The translations under genes and the position numbers were made by a program. This document shows, one piece after another, positions 24,994-37,438 of a stretch of 64,000 nt of DNA. Origin of the DNA: Mytilus edulis (lineage: Eukaryota). Every line of letters starts with the position of its first letter. Within the stretch, counting starts at the first letter, position 1. Below the pieces are notes generated by a model. It was not told the DNA's origin and did not search any database. It saw only the letters and a list, made by a program, of their open reading frames with translations. The stretch spans positions 54,622,001 to 54,686,000 of the forward strand of contig NC_092351.1 of NCBI RefSeq assembly GCF_963676685.1. The letters run 5' to 3'.

Positions 24994-26187
24994 CGCTGTA
25001 TTGAATAGTGGATATTTTCCGTCATCATGGTCAGATGCTATCCTGGTACCAATTTTTATAAATCTGGTGATGCTAATGGTGCAGTAAACTATCGTGGCAT
25101 AAGCCTTGATAGCAATCTAGGTAAACTTTCCACCACAATATTCAATAAAAAGATTGTTAAATTGTAAAAATAAAAGATTATACTGTTGCTTTGTAGACTA
25201 CTTGAAAGCTTTTGATTCAATGTATGAGTGTGAAATATGGGGAGTACACAAATCTCCTATGATAGAAAAGGTCCATTTGGACTACTGCAAAATGTTATTA
25301 AATGTCAAAAGAACGACCTCAAATGTGATGGTCTATTTTGAATTAGGTAGATTACCATGGCCACTGCAGTATGAGCGTAATTATAGAATACATAAATGTT
25401 GGTTCAAAATTTTAATTAGTGACAATTGTATATTAAGGTCTTGTTATAAAGAACTTGTGTTAAATTGTTCAAAATGTATGAATTGGGCAACATATGTAAA
25501 AAAAAAATTGATATATAATAGTCTTGGTATGAATAATTTGTGGGTTAAATGTAGACAGCTCATATTACCTTTGATAAGATAGCGTTTGATCAAGCTAATC
25601 AAGAGTTACAATTTTTATTAGATTCTTCTTCAAAGTGTAGATTATATAAGTATGTTGTTACAAATGTAGTTTTGCAATTTTATTTACAGAAATGCATTCC
25701 TGGACTATTTCGTAAATGTATAACAAGGATTCGTTTGTCTTCACATAACCTTTGTATTGAAACTGGACGTTATGTTGGTACTAATAGAAATGAAAGAAAT
25801 TGTATTTTTTTGTGATTTAGGAGTAATAGAGGATGAATTTCATTTTATCCTTCAATGTAGTAGATATACTGATTTGCGAAAAAATATATATAAAAAAGAA
25901 TATTACTGGTCTAGGCCATCAACTTTTAAATTAATAGAATTATTGTCAGGTGAAATCACAAAACAGCTTTGTAACTTGGGAAAGTATATACATTTCTCTT
26001 TTAAATTAAGAAAGTTTATTGTAATAAAGATATTGTGTATTGATGAAACTTCTGACGTCACCTATTGTTTATTATGCATATTGTTTATATTGTTTGTAAT
26101 ATGGCATATGTATACACTGTACATGACTTTGTACTTGATTATACTGATGAGCCGAAAGGCTCAAAGTTAATAAAGAATTTGAATTTA
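24994..26187 (+). mobile_element. RTEX-like non-LTR retrotransposon remnant, part 2 (RT core largely deleted, C-terminal Zn knuckle, 3' end)
   Basis: GYFPSSWSDAILVPIF..NYRGISL, CFVDYLKAFDS, YECEIWG, FELGRLP, IEDEFHFILQC; ends TGAGCCGAAAGGCTCA hairpin, AATAAA, (GAATTT)2. Confidence 0.8.
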
Positions 26188-26467
26188 ATCCATTTTATTA
26201 TAATGTAATAATCATCAATAATCAATAATAGTTATACGTCATAAAGACAAGTAGGTCTTCTCATAAGAAACTTCTCATAATTGATCTCAAATAATCATTA
26301 CAGAAGAAAGAATGATTTATATTTTAATTACTCTTTTCAATTCAAGATATTCAGTTCATTCTCTATAAATCTCATGAACTTGCAAGTTTTTTTTCTTTCT
26401 AGAATACACGTAATTTTGTTTATGAATTCTACTTGATCATTGTACAGGTTAATTAAATCCTACACTA

Positions 26468-26773
26468 TTTTTATGCCCAACCTACGATAGTAGAGGGGCA
26501 TTATGTTTTCTGGTCTGTCCGTCTGTTCGTTCGTCTGTTCGTTCGTCCGTTCGTTCGTCCGTCTGTCCCGTTTCAGGTTAAAGTTTTTGGCCAAGGTAGT
26601 TTTTGATGAAGCAGTAGTCCGAACAACTTGAAACTTAGTATACATGTTCCCTATGGTATGATCTTTCTAGATTTAATGCCAAATAAGAGATTTTAACCAA
26701 ATTTCACGGTCCATTGAACATAGAAAATGATGTTGCGAGTGGGCCATCCGTGTACTGAGGACACATTCTTGTT
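26468..26773 (+). mobile_element. Short Helentron-type non-autonomous element (HINE)
   Basis: 5' TTTTATGCCC...GGGCAT palindrome, (CGTT/CGTC) microsatellite, 3' GGGCCATCCGTGTAC..GGACAC hairpin before a T-run; partial opposite-strand relative at 28165-28352. Confidence 0.7.
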
Positions 26774-26893
26774 TATGGATAGCTTTGACATAATATCATT
26801 CGTCCCAACTCGGCCAATTTTGTACCTCATAGAAGGAGAGTAGCGGAGTCACTCGAGGACTGCCGATTGGATATAATATAAGCAATGGTTCAC

Positions 26894-26986
26894 CTTTTAA
26901 GCCCGGTTCTCCTCTTCTTCCATTAGCACCATCTAGACCAGGCCTGCCCGAGTCGCCCTTTAAACCCTTTTCACCAACTTCAACAT
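26894..26986 (-). CDS. Collectin-like lectin, exon 3 (collagen)
   Basis: TTTTTTCAG acceptor, AAG|GTGAAC donor; phase 1-1; (D)VEV GEK GLK GDS GRP GLD GAN GRR GEP GLK (G). Confidence 0.85.
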
Positions 26987-27382
26987 CTGAAAAAAACTTC
27001 TCTCTATTTAATATTCAAAAATCATCTTTTACATTTGTAACAACTTTGCCAAGTAAAATTTGCTTTTGGTAAAGAAATGAGCTTTCCGAAAAAAATGCAT
27101 GAATAACAGTTATTTAATCGAACTATTGTAAATATATCTGTTTCGTTAATTGAGAGATATTATGCATAAATGACATGTGAGATACATAGATGAAAAAGTG
27201 ATCATTATATAAAAAAAGACACACAAGCAATGTCTCAAAATTACATTAAATACGAAAGGTTAGGCTAGATGTTCTTAACAATTCAATAACCTTATATATA
27301 TAATTAGTAGTAGTAATACATACTCATCACCTCTTAATTGATTTACGTTTAGCCTTTAATGGCCTTTGACTTTTTTATTGGA

Positions 27383-27426
27383 GTGTCACTGATGAGTTTT
27401 TTGAACACGAAACACGTGTCTGTCTT
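27383..27426 (+). ncRNA. Degenerate type I hammerhead ribozyme (retrozyme remnant)
   Basis: CTGATGA-N13-GAAAC-ACGT-GTC core intact with palindromic stem III; stems I and II are eroded. Confidence 0.5.
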
Positions 27427-28186
27427 ACAAAACTGCAAGTATGATATCTTTGACTTGATGCATTTTTTTTAAAGCAATATTCGTTTGGTTTCTTGTATTT
27501 GATGCGTGAATATCTGATTGAAAGACTAAACGTCTTTCTTATTTATTTGAACAAGTCATAATAATACTGCAATTTAAGAGAAGGCAATCGCAGATGATAA
27601 AAAAAAACTATCAATATGACCATGACACAGTTGTATTTTTGGTTTGGTCTATATTACTGTTACACTTACAAAATTAAATAATTAAAACGGAACAAGGGGG
27701 CTTAATTCTTACGTCGTATGAACTAAAATGTAGGTAATTATTACATACAGTTTTGTAAATAATTTTCGCCATCAATGATAATTGCCTTTAATGTTAACTT
27801 GGCATACCATACTTGATAGATATGCGGACGTGAAAGAAAGCACTTTTTCATAAAAGCGTCAATGAACAGCCTATAGTTATACATTCCAGGGCGACGACTT
27901 CGTCATTTATAAAACAAAACACATGTTTCTGAAGGTAAAGATGTATCCAAATTTCATGTTTACATCAATATATGTTTGACAGGAAGTCCTATGAGTTATG
28001 GGAGTTGTTCTCCGGATAGTGTTTTGTCCAGTAGTTAGCTGGACAATCCGTAACCAGTTTTTAAACAATACAATTTAACCACTGGATAGTAAATATCTAT
28101 CTTGTTGACAAACCTATCAAGTGGATCACTTTATCTAGCCTTTTGAACAACCGGGACCAGGTGTACTAAGTTTCAAGTTGATTAAA

Positions 28187-28269
28187 TTTTTGTCAAGATA
28201 GTGTTGTTGAAGTTGAAGACAAATGATGATCATTTGTCTTCAACTTCAACAACACTATCTTGACAAAAA
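28187..28269. repeat. Perfect inverted repeat, 41-bp arms with a 1-nt spacer
   Basis: TTTTTGTCAAGATAGTGTTGTTGAAGTTGAAGACAAATGAT-G-ATCATTTGTCTTCAACTTCAACAACACTATCTTGACAAAAA. Confidence 0.95.
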
Positions 28270-28508
28270 AAATTGAAAATGAAGAGGGACAAATTGTCGA
28301 ACAAACGGACGCACAGACCGAAAAACATTATGCACCTGAGTGGGACATAAAAATCTCATAATCAATTCGGAAAGACAAAAAAGAATGAATGTATATGTAT
28401 TAAAAAAAATGTATACGTGATTTCTATAATTCCAATACCAATTACTCTTACCTAAAAATTGGTAATTGGGTCAGGTAATCTTTTGGGAAATAAATCTAAC
28501 ATACTAAC

Positions 28509-28664
28509 CCTTTTCAATGGCTGTTTGAACCTCTGATTTCAGTTTCGCCATCTCTCCGTCGAGAGTATTGCCCAGTATGGTCAAAGAATGGATCTCAGTG
28601 GCGGAAATGCTCTGTTTTTTCATTAGTAAGTCATGATTTTTCTTTATTTTCACTTCTACATCAT
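28509..28664 (-). CDS. Collectin-like lectin, exon 2 (predicted coiled coil)
   Basis: TTATTTCAG acceptor, G|GTTAGT donor; phase 1-1; (D)DVEVKIKKNHDLLMKKQSISATEIHSLTILGNTLDGEMAKLKSEVQTAIEK. Confidence 0.75.
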
Positions 28665-29337
28665 CTGAAATAAGTTGAATTATATTACTATTGGATAATC
28701 TTATATTCATAGACAAAAAAATAAAAAAAATAAAAAAACAAACGAGGAGAAGAAACCGTATGAGACGGACAATCAAACCAGTCAAGCTTAAAAAGACAGA
28801 CAACATAATGTTGCCATCTAGAAAAAGTAAAAACTACAAAAATGCCAAACTCCAAGGAAAATTCAAATCGGAAAGTCCCTTCTCAAATGACAAAATCATA
28901 CGCACATATATTTCAAACGAATTGAAAACAAATGTCACAGTTTTCCTTATGAAAAAAATGTTGGATTAAACCTGGTATTAGTTAAAGATATTAAATATCT
29001 TTTGGATAGGTTTGTGGTGTTTCGTAAATTAAACCATAGCCTTTGTTAAAAGCACCGGCCTTAACCTCACGAGACCAATTACAACTTTCAGTAAAAATAT
29101 TCCCTTGGTTCGGGCCGTTCAAACCCCTTCCTGGGCCATTCAAACCCCGCCCATTTTCTAAAAATCACGGACCATTGAAAAGGCGCGAATATCAATTAGA
29201 CAAGATTCATCGACAGTGATGGGGGCTTCAAATATCGTTTCAACGAAATATATATATATACATATGCTTTTGGTTACTCTAGTCTAGCATGCTTTACTTT
29301 ATTCTAAAATTGTTGCTTATTTTTATTGCATGCTATG

Positions 29338-30445
29338 TACAATAGAATACAATATAATATTTTATTAACGTCTCACCTTTTACAAAGCAATACATAACAC
29401 ATAGATTAAAAAAAATTACACATATGTAAAAGCCATTCATATAGAATTATGAGAGACGATTATTTACACAAGTTAGAAACAAATTTCACATCGCTTAAAA
29501 CATTAAAATACATAATATATTAAAAAAAAAAAAAAAAACAACAACAAAAATAAAACAAGCACAAAACTATCTACATGTAGTATATAAAAATCTACGTCTC
29601 CTATCTAAAATGTCTCTGCAGGTTTTGGCACACAAACGTATATTGTTTAAACCACCTAGAATCACAGATAGCTTATCTTGACTAGAAAAATTATCAAAAC
29701 CATTAATATTTAAAGTATTAAAACAACTGTCCCTAATATCATCATACAGTGGGCAAAATAAAAGTACATGTTCTTCGTTTTCAATGGAGTCAGGACAGCA
29801 AAAGCAAGTTCGTTCTAGCCATCGTAGATTCTCGTATCTCCCGGTCTCGACGCGGATTGGTGCTACTCCACACCTAAACTTGGCGTATGCACTTCTGTAC
29901 GATGTTGGCATGTTCACTTTAAGGTATGACTCAGTTTCAAAAGTGTTTTTAACCTGTTTGTAGATTCGTAGCTTGTTTTGTCTGTTTCCTCTAACTGCGC
30001 CAATTCTGTTTAAATCTTCATGCCATTTGGAAATATGTTCATTTAAAACAGAATGCCAAATAGTGTCTTTTATTTCGCAAAATTGTAGGTTTTCATCATA
30101 AATATTATAACGCTCTAAAATTCCACACGTTTTAAATTTGTCTCTTATTTTAAAATTCCAGTTTTTGGAGTTTGAAAAGGCTTGATTGTCAGCCCATACA
30201 AAGACCCTTTTATTCAACCGTCCCCAACCAAAATTTCGAAGTTTATTCCACTGATTTAGCACAGATTTCCATTGTTTTACTATAACCGGAGTCCAACCAA
30301 AATCCCCATGTACGGCTGTATTGGGCGTATATCGTCCTACACACATAAAGAAACGAGCTGCTCGATTTTGTACGGCAGCAATACACGGGATATGTTTTGT
30401 ACCCAGATTGAAACACCATAGTTAATAACACTCCAAAACATTGTA
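29338..30445 (-). mobile_element. 5'-truncated RTEX-like LINE (ORF2 C-terminal part)
   Basis: ORF 29567-30346 with AVHGDFGW, AKFRCGVAPIRVETGRY, ERTCFCC..ENEEHVLLFC; AATAAA at 29366-29361 and a short TATTG/TATTC tail. Confidence 0.8.
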
Positions 30446-30689
30446 TGTAAGTGAGATTCAACTGATTTTATGTTATTTATATGTGTATATTCGGTCAAAA
30501 GCTCCTTAGAGCTTGTGTTGAATATTTGTACTTATGCCGACCGACCGTGCATGCGAGGGCTGAAAAGCCAGTCAAGGTCGTTAAACACTTCCATTTGTTG
30601 TACTTATGCCGAATCAATTAAAGTTTTCTTATCTTATCTAATCTTACAGTGGAGATCACTTCTAACCTCTCATTAAATCTGTCAGGGGA

Positions 30690-31180
30690 ACTGTTCTAGA
30701 ACAGTACGTAGAACTGTCAGCCTGACACCTTTTAGTCAGTTCTAGGTTAGAACTGTTCTAGCTAGAACTGATTTGGTCAGTTCTACCTAGAACTGATTTG
30801 GACAGTTCTACCTAGAACTGATCCTGACAGTTCTACCCTAGAACTGATCCTGACAGTTCTAGCTAGAACTGACCAGATATTTGGTCAGTTCTACTTCTAG
30901 AACAGACCAGATATTTGGTCAGTTCTACTTCTAGAACAGTTCTACGGTTAGAATTGATTTCTAATTCTACGGCTAGAATTGATTTTTATAAATTCTACGG
31001 CCAGAATTGATTTATAAATTCTACGGCTAAAATTGATTAATAAATTCTTCGGCTAAAATTGATTTATAAATTCTACGGCTTAAATTGATTTTTATAAATT
31101 TTACAGCCAGAATTGATTTATAAATTCTACGGCTAAAATTGATTTATAAATTCTACGGCTAGAGTTGATTTGTAAGTTTT
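30690..31180. repeat. Minisatellite of about 16 self-palindromic 25-34-bp units (CTAGAACTG-loop-CAGTTCTA grading into CTAGAATTG-loop-AATTCTACGG)
   Basis: Units readable directly, for example 30762-30786, 30787-30811, 30812-30837. Confidence 0.9.
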
Positions 31181-31288
31181 AAGAACACTTTGCCTTAATA
31201 TACAGGGTTGGGTAAAAAAGCGATTTAAATTATATAGAGTTTTGCTATTTTGCCGGTTTTATTTCAGATTTATAATCGGCAAGACTTA

Positions 31289-31604
31289 GGCAGCAACCAT
31301 TTGATTTTCGGGGGGGGGGGGGGGGGGTGGGGGTGGGGGGGGGGGGGGGGCTATGTTTTTTTTTGGAAAAAAAAGTTTGTTTCCAGTTTTTGGTGAAAAA
31401 AAATAATTTGTTTTGGACCCTGAGAAAAAAAAATTGTTTGTTTCATCCTCAGCTGCCACTATATGTAATGCTAAAATTGAAAGTTTTCGGTTTGTCGCTA
31501 AAAAAATAGATTGTTCTTCGCCGAAGTCGAAAAAAAAAGTTTGTACAGAAAAAAAAACTCATAGCCCCCCCCCCCCCTCCCTAGAAAATCAAATGGTTGC
31601 TGCC
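31289..31604. mobile_element. PIF/Harbinger-type MITE
   Basis: TIR GGCAGCAACCATTTGATTTTC / GAAAATCAAATGGTTGCTGCC with TTA on both flanks; one-ended relative at 13908. Confidence 0.85.
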
Positions 31605-32799
31605 TTAGAGAACATGTTTAACCTGTTAACCCCTCCATATTCTGCATGTATGTGCCTGTTCCAAGTCAGGAGCATGTAATTCAGTGATTTTCTTTTGTTG
31701 ATGTGTTACATAAATTTTTGTTTTTCTCTCAATTTTTGTACATAAATTAGGCCGTTAGTATTAAGGGGGGGGGGGGCATTATTATTTGAATTGTTTTACA
31801 TTTGTTATTCCGGGAGTCAGGATGGCTCATTATCACAAAACAAAATTATCGGACCTCAATAACCAATATAATATCTGTTTACGAGTAGTTTTCATACCTC
31901 GGACGACCTGTTTAACAAAAATCTTTTGACCGCATCAATCTAAACTGCCTTTATTTGCTTTTTCTTTCTGCAAATCTATATAGCTGCACAGTACTTCAGT
32001 TTTAATTTTAGGTCTAGAGGGACTGTAATATACAAGTAACAGCAATTTTGGAAAAAAAATGTAATTGTTCACACTAATTTATAGTGCCAGCATGCAGGGG
32101 CAGCTAGATCCAGGCTGGGGGTCCAACTATATGCTCCCATTCATATGCATTGATGTTTAAAAAAAAGTGGGGTTCCAACCCCTGGACCCCCTTCCCTTGA
32201 TCCTCCAATGAGCATGTCCTTGTTTTATTCAAAATATTGAATCATTAACAAATATCAGTAGTTTTTATACTTCAGACTGAGTCGTGTAATAAAATCTTTT
32301 GACTGCATCAACCAAAACTTACCATATTTGCTTTTTATTATGTAAATCTATATAGCTGCACAGCAATTCAGTTATAATTTTAGTTCGAGAGGGTATCTTA
32401 TCTAACAGTGATGATTACAGACTTTTCAAACCTCTCACTAAGGTGGTTCAAGTCGTTTGATTGCTGTCTTATTGTCGTGCATCCAACATGACTTTGTATC
32501 TTACAGTTTTAGTTCCGTTTCATATAATTTTAAATGTATTTATTACAAATCATAAATTAAAAGGTTATTGTATATAATAGGTTAACTTCTATTCTTTCCC
32601 TCAAGAATATGCCCAGAGGAAGAATAATTAAAGAGATATGTACCTAAATTATAGTGCAGAGTTTACTACACATTACAATTCACTTTATGATCTTTCACTA
32701 CCCCCGTCCCCCCTTATTTTCATCTTTATTCATTCAGAAAGCATGACCAATCTAAACAAAGACTGTTAAATCCCAAACTTTGTAGTCACTGTATCTGAA

Positions 32800-33110
32800 A
32801 AATAAACTCATCATATATACCAGGATTAAAATTTATATTTGCACCAGATACGCGTTTCATCTATAAATGACTTATCATATGACGCTCGAATAAAAAATGT
32901 AACAAAAGGCAAAATAAAGTACGAAGTTGAATAGTATTGGGGACCAAAATTTCCTAAACGTTTTGCCAAATACAGCTAAGGTAATCTATTCCTGATATAG
33001 AAAAGCCTTTCCATTTAAAAAATTCACAGTTTTCCAAACATTTAATCTATAATTATGACCATGTCAAAAATGATAATTTATACTACTGGGCTGGTGATAC
33101 CCTCGAGGAA
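32800..33110 (-). mobile_element. Retrozyme-like monomer remnant with mutated hammerhead (32841-32886)
   Basis: Minus strand GCGTCA-T-ATGATAA-GTCATTTATAGAT-GAAA-CGCGT-ATC-TGGTGC: hammerhead topology with stem I intact but CUGAUGA mutated. Confidence 0.5.
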
Positions 33111-34129
33111 TAAAGAGGTTAGACCGTCAACGGTATGTCAGTGGTGCCCTCAATGCATATGTGGGTTGGGGATTGAAACATGTACAGAAATACTGTATGC
33201 ATGATAAAAATGTACATGTAACATAATACATGTACGTTTGCGGGAATTTCTCGTTGCATTGAAGACCTGTTGGTGACCTTCTGCTGTTGTCTGCTCTATG
33301 GTCGGGTTGTTGTCTCTTTGGCACATTCCCCATTTCCATTCTCAATTTTATATTTTATGTAACATAATACGACATTTTTCCTTTGAAGTTTTTACGTGAT
33401 AATCTGCTTAATAGTTCGGTTTTTGAAAAACCATGTTTTAATATAAAGATTGATAAGTTATTCCATTAAAAAGAATCCTGACATACTTTTCCCTCGCAAC
33501 TTCATGTAGATAGGCGGAGCTTGGACTATGGTTTTATATTTTTTATGTTAAACCATAATTTTAACCTCCGCCTCTTTGTTTTGCGCTTCCATGTGGTTGA
33601 CAGTTCAGTGAATGCACGAAGACAAGGATTTCGTTTGTTTTACAGATAGGATTTCTACTTTCTGAGAATTCCGTCCATGACTTCACAAAGTTCAACGAAA
33701 ACTCGGCCAGTGACGTTTCATGAAAAAAAAGAGAAGGCTTCTGATCCATGTTTCAGTTCTAGGAACACACCATTTAATTTTCAAGGGAGGCTGGGGGCTA
33801 TACATACCTGAGCCGGATTATTTTTGCCAATGCATTTAATAAATGCAATAAAAATTGGTTGGGGAAAATCTCTTTTTTTAAGATTTTTTTTTTTATGACA
33901 AACCAGAGCCGTTATATTTTGTTCTAAAAACTCTCAGGCCCGAGAAAATCAATGAACTTAAATCACCCCATGACATACCTCCCAATTAACTGTGGCGTCC
34001 CGACACACAAACACACTCTTACTCATACATCATGAATTTATATACATACACAATAATATTTTTTTTTTATTTTTTTTTTTTTAATTATAATATCTTTTTT
34101 TTCTTTTCTAAAACACATTTTAACAAATT

Positions 34130-36330
34130 CAAAGTAGTATGCATTCTCGTTTGAAATATGAAAATCATTTATAATAGCAAAATCTTTAATATCACTCTCT
34201 TTTACCCACTTGGTTTCACCATTCTCATACTGTACAAAATAATGTTTTTCTAATCTCTTAGACTCATTTCGTGATCGCATTGTATCTAAAATTTTCACCA
34301 TTGTATTGTCATTATTTTCAATTTAATCTATGTTCGAACTAATATCTCCTTCATCTGTAATGGGCCTATCATCAGGATCAACAAATTGTTTGATACGATA
34401 AACATGTACCGTTTGTTCAGATTTTTTCGCATCACACATTTGAATCTTATAGTTCACATCTGAAAGTTTATCAATAATTATATATGGTCCATGCCAATTA
34501 TGTAACAGTTTCGTAGATAGTCCTGGTTTTGTACTTGGATTAAAAACCCATATCTTTTCACCAATAGCATAATTAATCACATCAGACTTCAAGTCATATT
34601 GTTCTTTTTGCCTCCGCTGAGCTGCCTGTAAATTATCTTTGGCTAGTGTAAATGCCTCTTGCAGTCTAGTTACCATTTCTGATTTATAATCGTCACTCGA
34701 GGTATACGTTATAGTACTAGAGCTTTCTTACAAATTGACGAAAGGTACGAACGAACGTAAAGGGAGCACGTATTTCATTTCCACAATAACAGTTAAAAGA
34801 GTCTGTGTTTTATCCAGTAAAACAGCATTCTTTTCTAAATCAAGTTTATTTTTCAAAAAAGAATAATATTGCAAATAATACACGATTTTAATATAATCAA
34901 ACAGAGAAAAATAGTGTCAAATACACTTACTTACGTAAACCACGAGAACACACATTTCCGCGGGAAATTTTTAAGCACGAGTTTCACGATTAACTTTTCA
35001 ATGGCATTATTGAAGTACGTTAGTCTAAATTTAACGACAAGATTCACATTTATTTTATTTTTTATAGTACACTTTCAGCAAATTGTCAAAGTGGAATATC
35101 GAGATTTGCTAAACAAAAATGATGATACATGTTTTTAAAAATGTGAATGTTGAATAAATCTAGAAAAACAAATTTTGTATATCAAGAAAATAAATCTACG
35201 ATTTTACACCATATACATTGTGGATTTTATAATGACGATTTAATAATACACATGTTTGGAAGATAGACGCGAAGTTATCACTTATCGTCCAGTGGCTAAT
35301 ATTTGATGAATGTTGAGGACTATAGGCAAAACGCAATTATACGCTAAAATATTCGTTCCATTGCCCCGGTATATCATATATACACATTAAAGGGGGGGGG
35401 GGGTGGGGGGGGGGCGATGATTCAAAACATTGTAATATTGAAGAGTATACGTAGGGGAGGGGTCGGGTTTTAGTTTTTTAGGGGCATTTTTTTTTGTCTG
35501 ACTACTAGATATATTTAGGATATTTTGTAGTGTTATCTCATCCGACCTGGTGGTATCATATTTTAACATATTGTACGTCCCGACATCCTATAAATATATC
35601 GGAAAAGTCCAATTTAATAACTGTCGTTGCATGTAGGATAATTGTCCGAAGTTCCACGACTATTATTTAAATATGTCAAAATAAAGGATCCCTTAAACGA
35701 GTATTACGTATGATTCGTCAAGCATACGTACCTTTCGTCAATTTGTAAGAAAGCTCTAGTAGGCGGACACATCACTGCTTCCACTGGTAGTACCGGATCA
35801 CGGCCATGCATTACGAAAAACGGAGTCTCTTGTATACTTTCGTGTTACGAAGTTCTGTAAGCGAACAAAACAAAAGGAATAAAGGTATCCCAATCACGCT
35901 GGTGTCCACTAACATACATTGATAAAATTGCGATTAATGTTCCGTTAAACGTTCCAATACGCCATCTGTTTCAGGATGGTATGCTGTTCTATAAGTTTAC
36001 AAATTTCTTTCAAGGCTTGATCGAAAGTTTTTCTACTGTCTTGGAGCCCAATGACGCAAAACAACATCAATACGGTAAACATTTTCATTAACACAATAAA
36101 GTTTCCTAAATCTACGTTGCATGAAAAATCACACAGAATATCTAATCCGGTAATACACTGATAAGAAAAAATACTATCTACTACATAAACCATATAATAC
36201 ACAAAATCACACTAATTTCCAATCTTGAATTGAATTTATCACCCGACTCCGAAGTGATACATACATTATTTACTCCCGATACATGCCTACTGACTGTTGA
36301 TTCCATATCAACTAACATTAGACGCTTCAC
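34130..36330 (-). mobile_element. Internally deleted Gypsy LTR-retrotransposon remnant: protease relic, integrase core, GPY/F and chromodomain-like tail
   Basis: LVDMESTVS and CITGLDILCDFSCNVDL (protease); AYHPETDGVLER..DWDTFIPFVLFAYRTS..ETPFFVMHGRDP (integrase); KLLHNWHGPY; VKILDTMR..YFVQY..TKWVKESDI. Contains stops and frameshifts; RT/RNase H absent. Confidence 0.85.
34717..35759. mobile_element. TA-target MITE inserted in the Gypsy integrase
   Basis: 33-bp TIR CTAGAGCTTTCTTACAAATTGACGAAAGGTACG with TA duplication; excision restores the in-frame VMCPPTITYTSSDDYKSEMVTRL. Confidence 0.9.
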
Positions 36331-36713
36331 ATTTACTCGTCATCCTCTGATTTTGGCGACACAAAAACTTCGGATTTGAATAACATGTAATACCATTTTA
36401 CATTTGAACATCTGAATAATCTTGCGGGAGAGTTGAGATTAATAGTTAATGAGAGTGAATGGATGTGTCTAGATATAAAGCAATGTAAATTAATTCAAGT
36501 GTATATTTTGAACCTGTTTATAATAAATATGTATATATGAACACGAGTCTTAAAAGCCAGTGCCTTATAACAGCTCCGTGACAAGGCCACTTGTGAATGA
36601 TGTTACAAAACATATACACCACGCCTTACTCATTAACATATTCAAACGAACTCATCCTGCGGATTTGTCGTTTAAATATGTTAACTCGTAAATAGCGTGG
36701 TACATATAATACT

Positions 36714-36874
36714 TAATGAATGGCCATAATTTATTTTGAATTTATTGAACTATAATATTAAGTTTTGACTCTTCACATTTAACTGAATATTCGCGAATTA
36801 TGTAAAATGTGAAAAGAGTCAAAAAATAATTTTTATGGTTCAATAAATTCAAAATGAATTATTGCCATTCATTA
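36714..36874. mobile_element. Long-hairpin non-autonomous element (second copy at about 39465-39624 in the duplicated segment)
   Basis: TAATGAATGGCCATAATTTATTTTGAATTTATTGAAC... pairs with ...GTTCAATAAATTCAAAATGAATTATTGCCATTCATTA around a TTCGCGAA centre. Confidence 0.65.
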
Positions 36875-37438
36875 TAAATAAATTTCTATAAAAAATAAGG
36901 CTCAAAGAACTTTTTATATTAATCATATTAACAATAACAACGTACAAACATGTTGGCGTATGAATACACAACGTCAGAGTTGGCGTGTCCGCCATAAAAA
37001 TTAACGACATTGAAATAAAAGTAATACTTTTAACCAACCAGAAGACAGTAACTAAATACACCAAATTAATTTATTACTGTATGCATGAATAAAAAATGTA
37101 TTACTGACTAATTGTATGCATGATACAAATGTATAATTCCTGACTAACTGTATGCATGATAAAAGATGTAAAACTATTCAGGACCTTTTTTTTTTTTTAG
37201 AATTTGATGCTCATTTTTTAAATTTCATTGGGGAGTAAAAGTGTTGACCAAAAGACATTTTGTATGAAGCGCAGAAGCAGTTCATTTTATAAATCTATAC
37301 GATTCCTATAAAATTGTAAAAAAGAATCATTCAATTCTTATTTTCATTGTGCTAATAGTATGAAATCAATATTTATAAAATGTTTTTTCGTTTGAATTTC
37401 TATATATTATTTAAACATTAACGCGCATAGCACGTACA

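Noticed and set aside
26144-26166. CTGATGAGCCGAAAGGC resembles a hammerhead core with stem II
   Set aside because: It is followed by TCAAAG instead of GAAA, and no stem III or cleavage triplet is apparent; better explained as the LINE 3' hairpin.
30690-31180. CRISPR-like look of palindromic repeats with variable inserts
   Set aside because: The inserts are 7-14-nt loops that repeat and are related to one another, there are no unique spacers or cas genes, and the context is eukaryotic intron.
31309-31350. Long G-runs as a regulatory G-quadruplex
   Set aside because: It is the variable poly-G tract inside a MITE family and homopolymer length is unreliable in this assembly.
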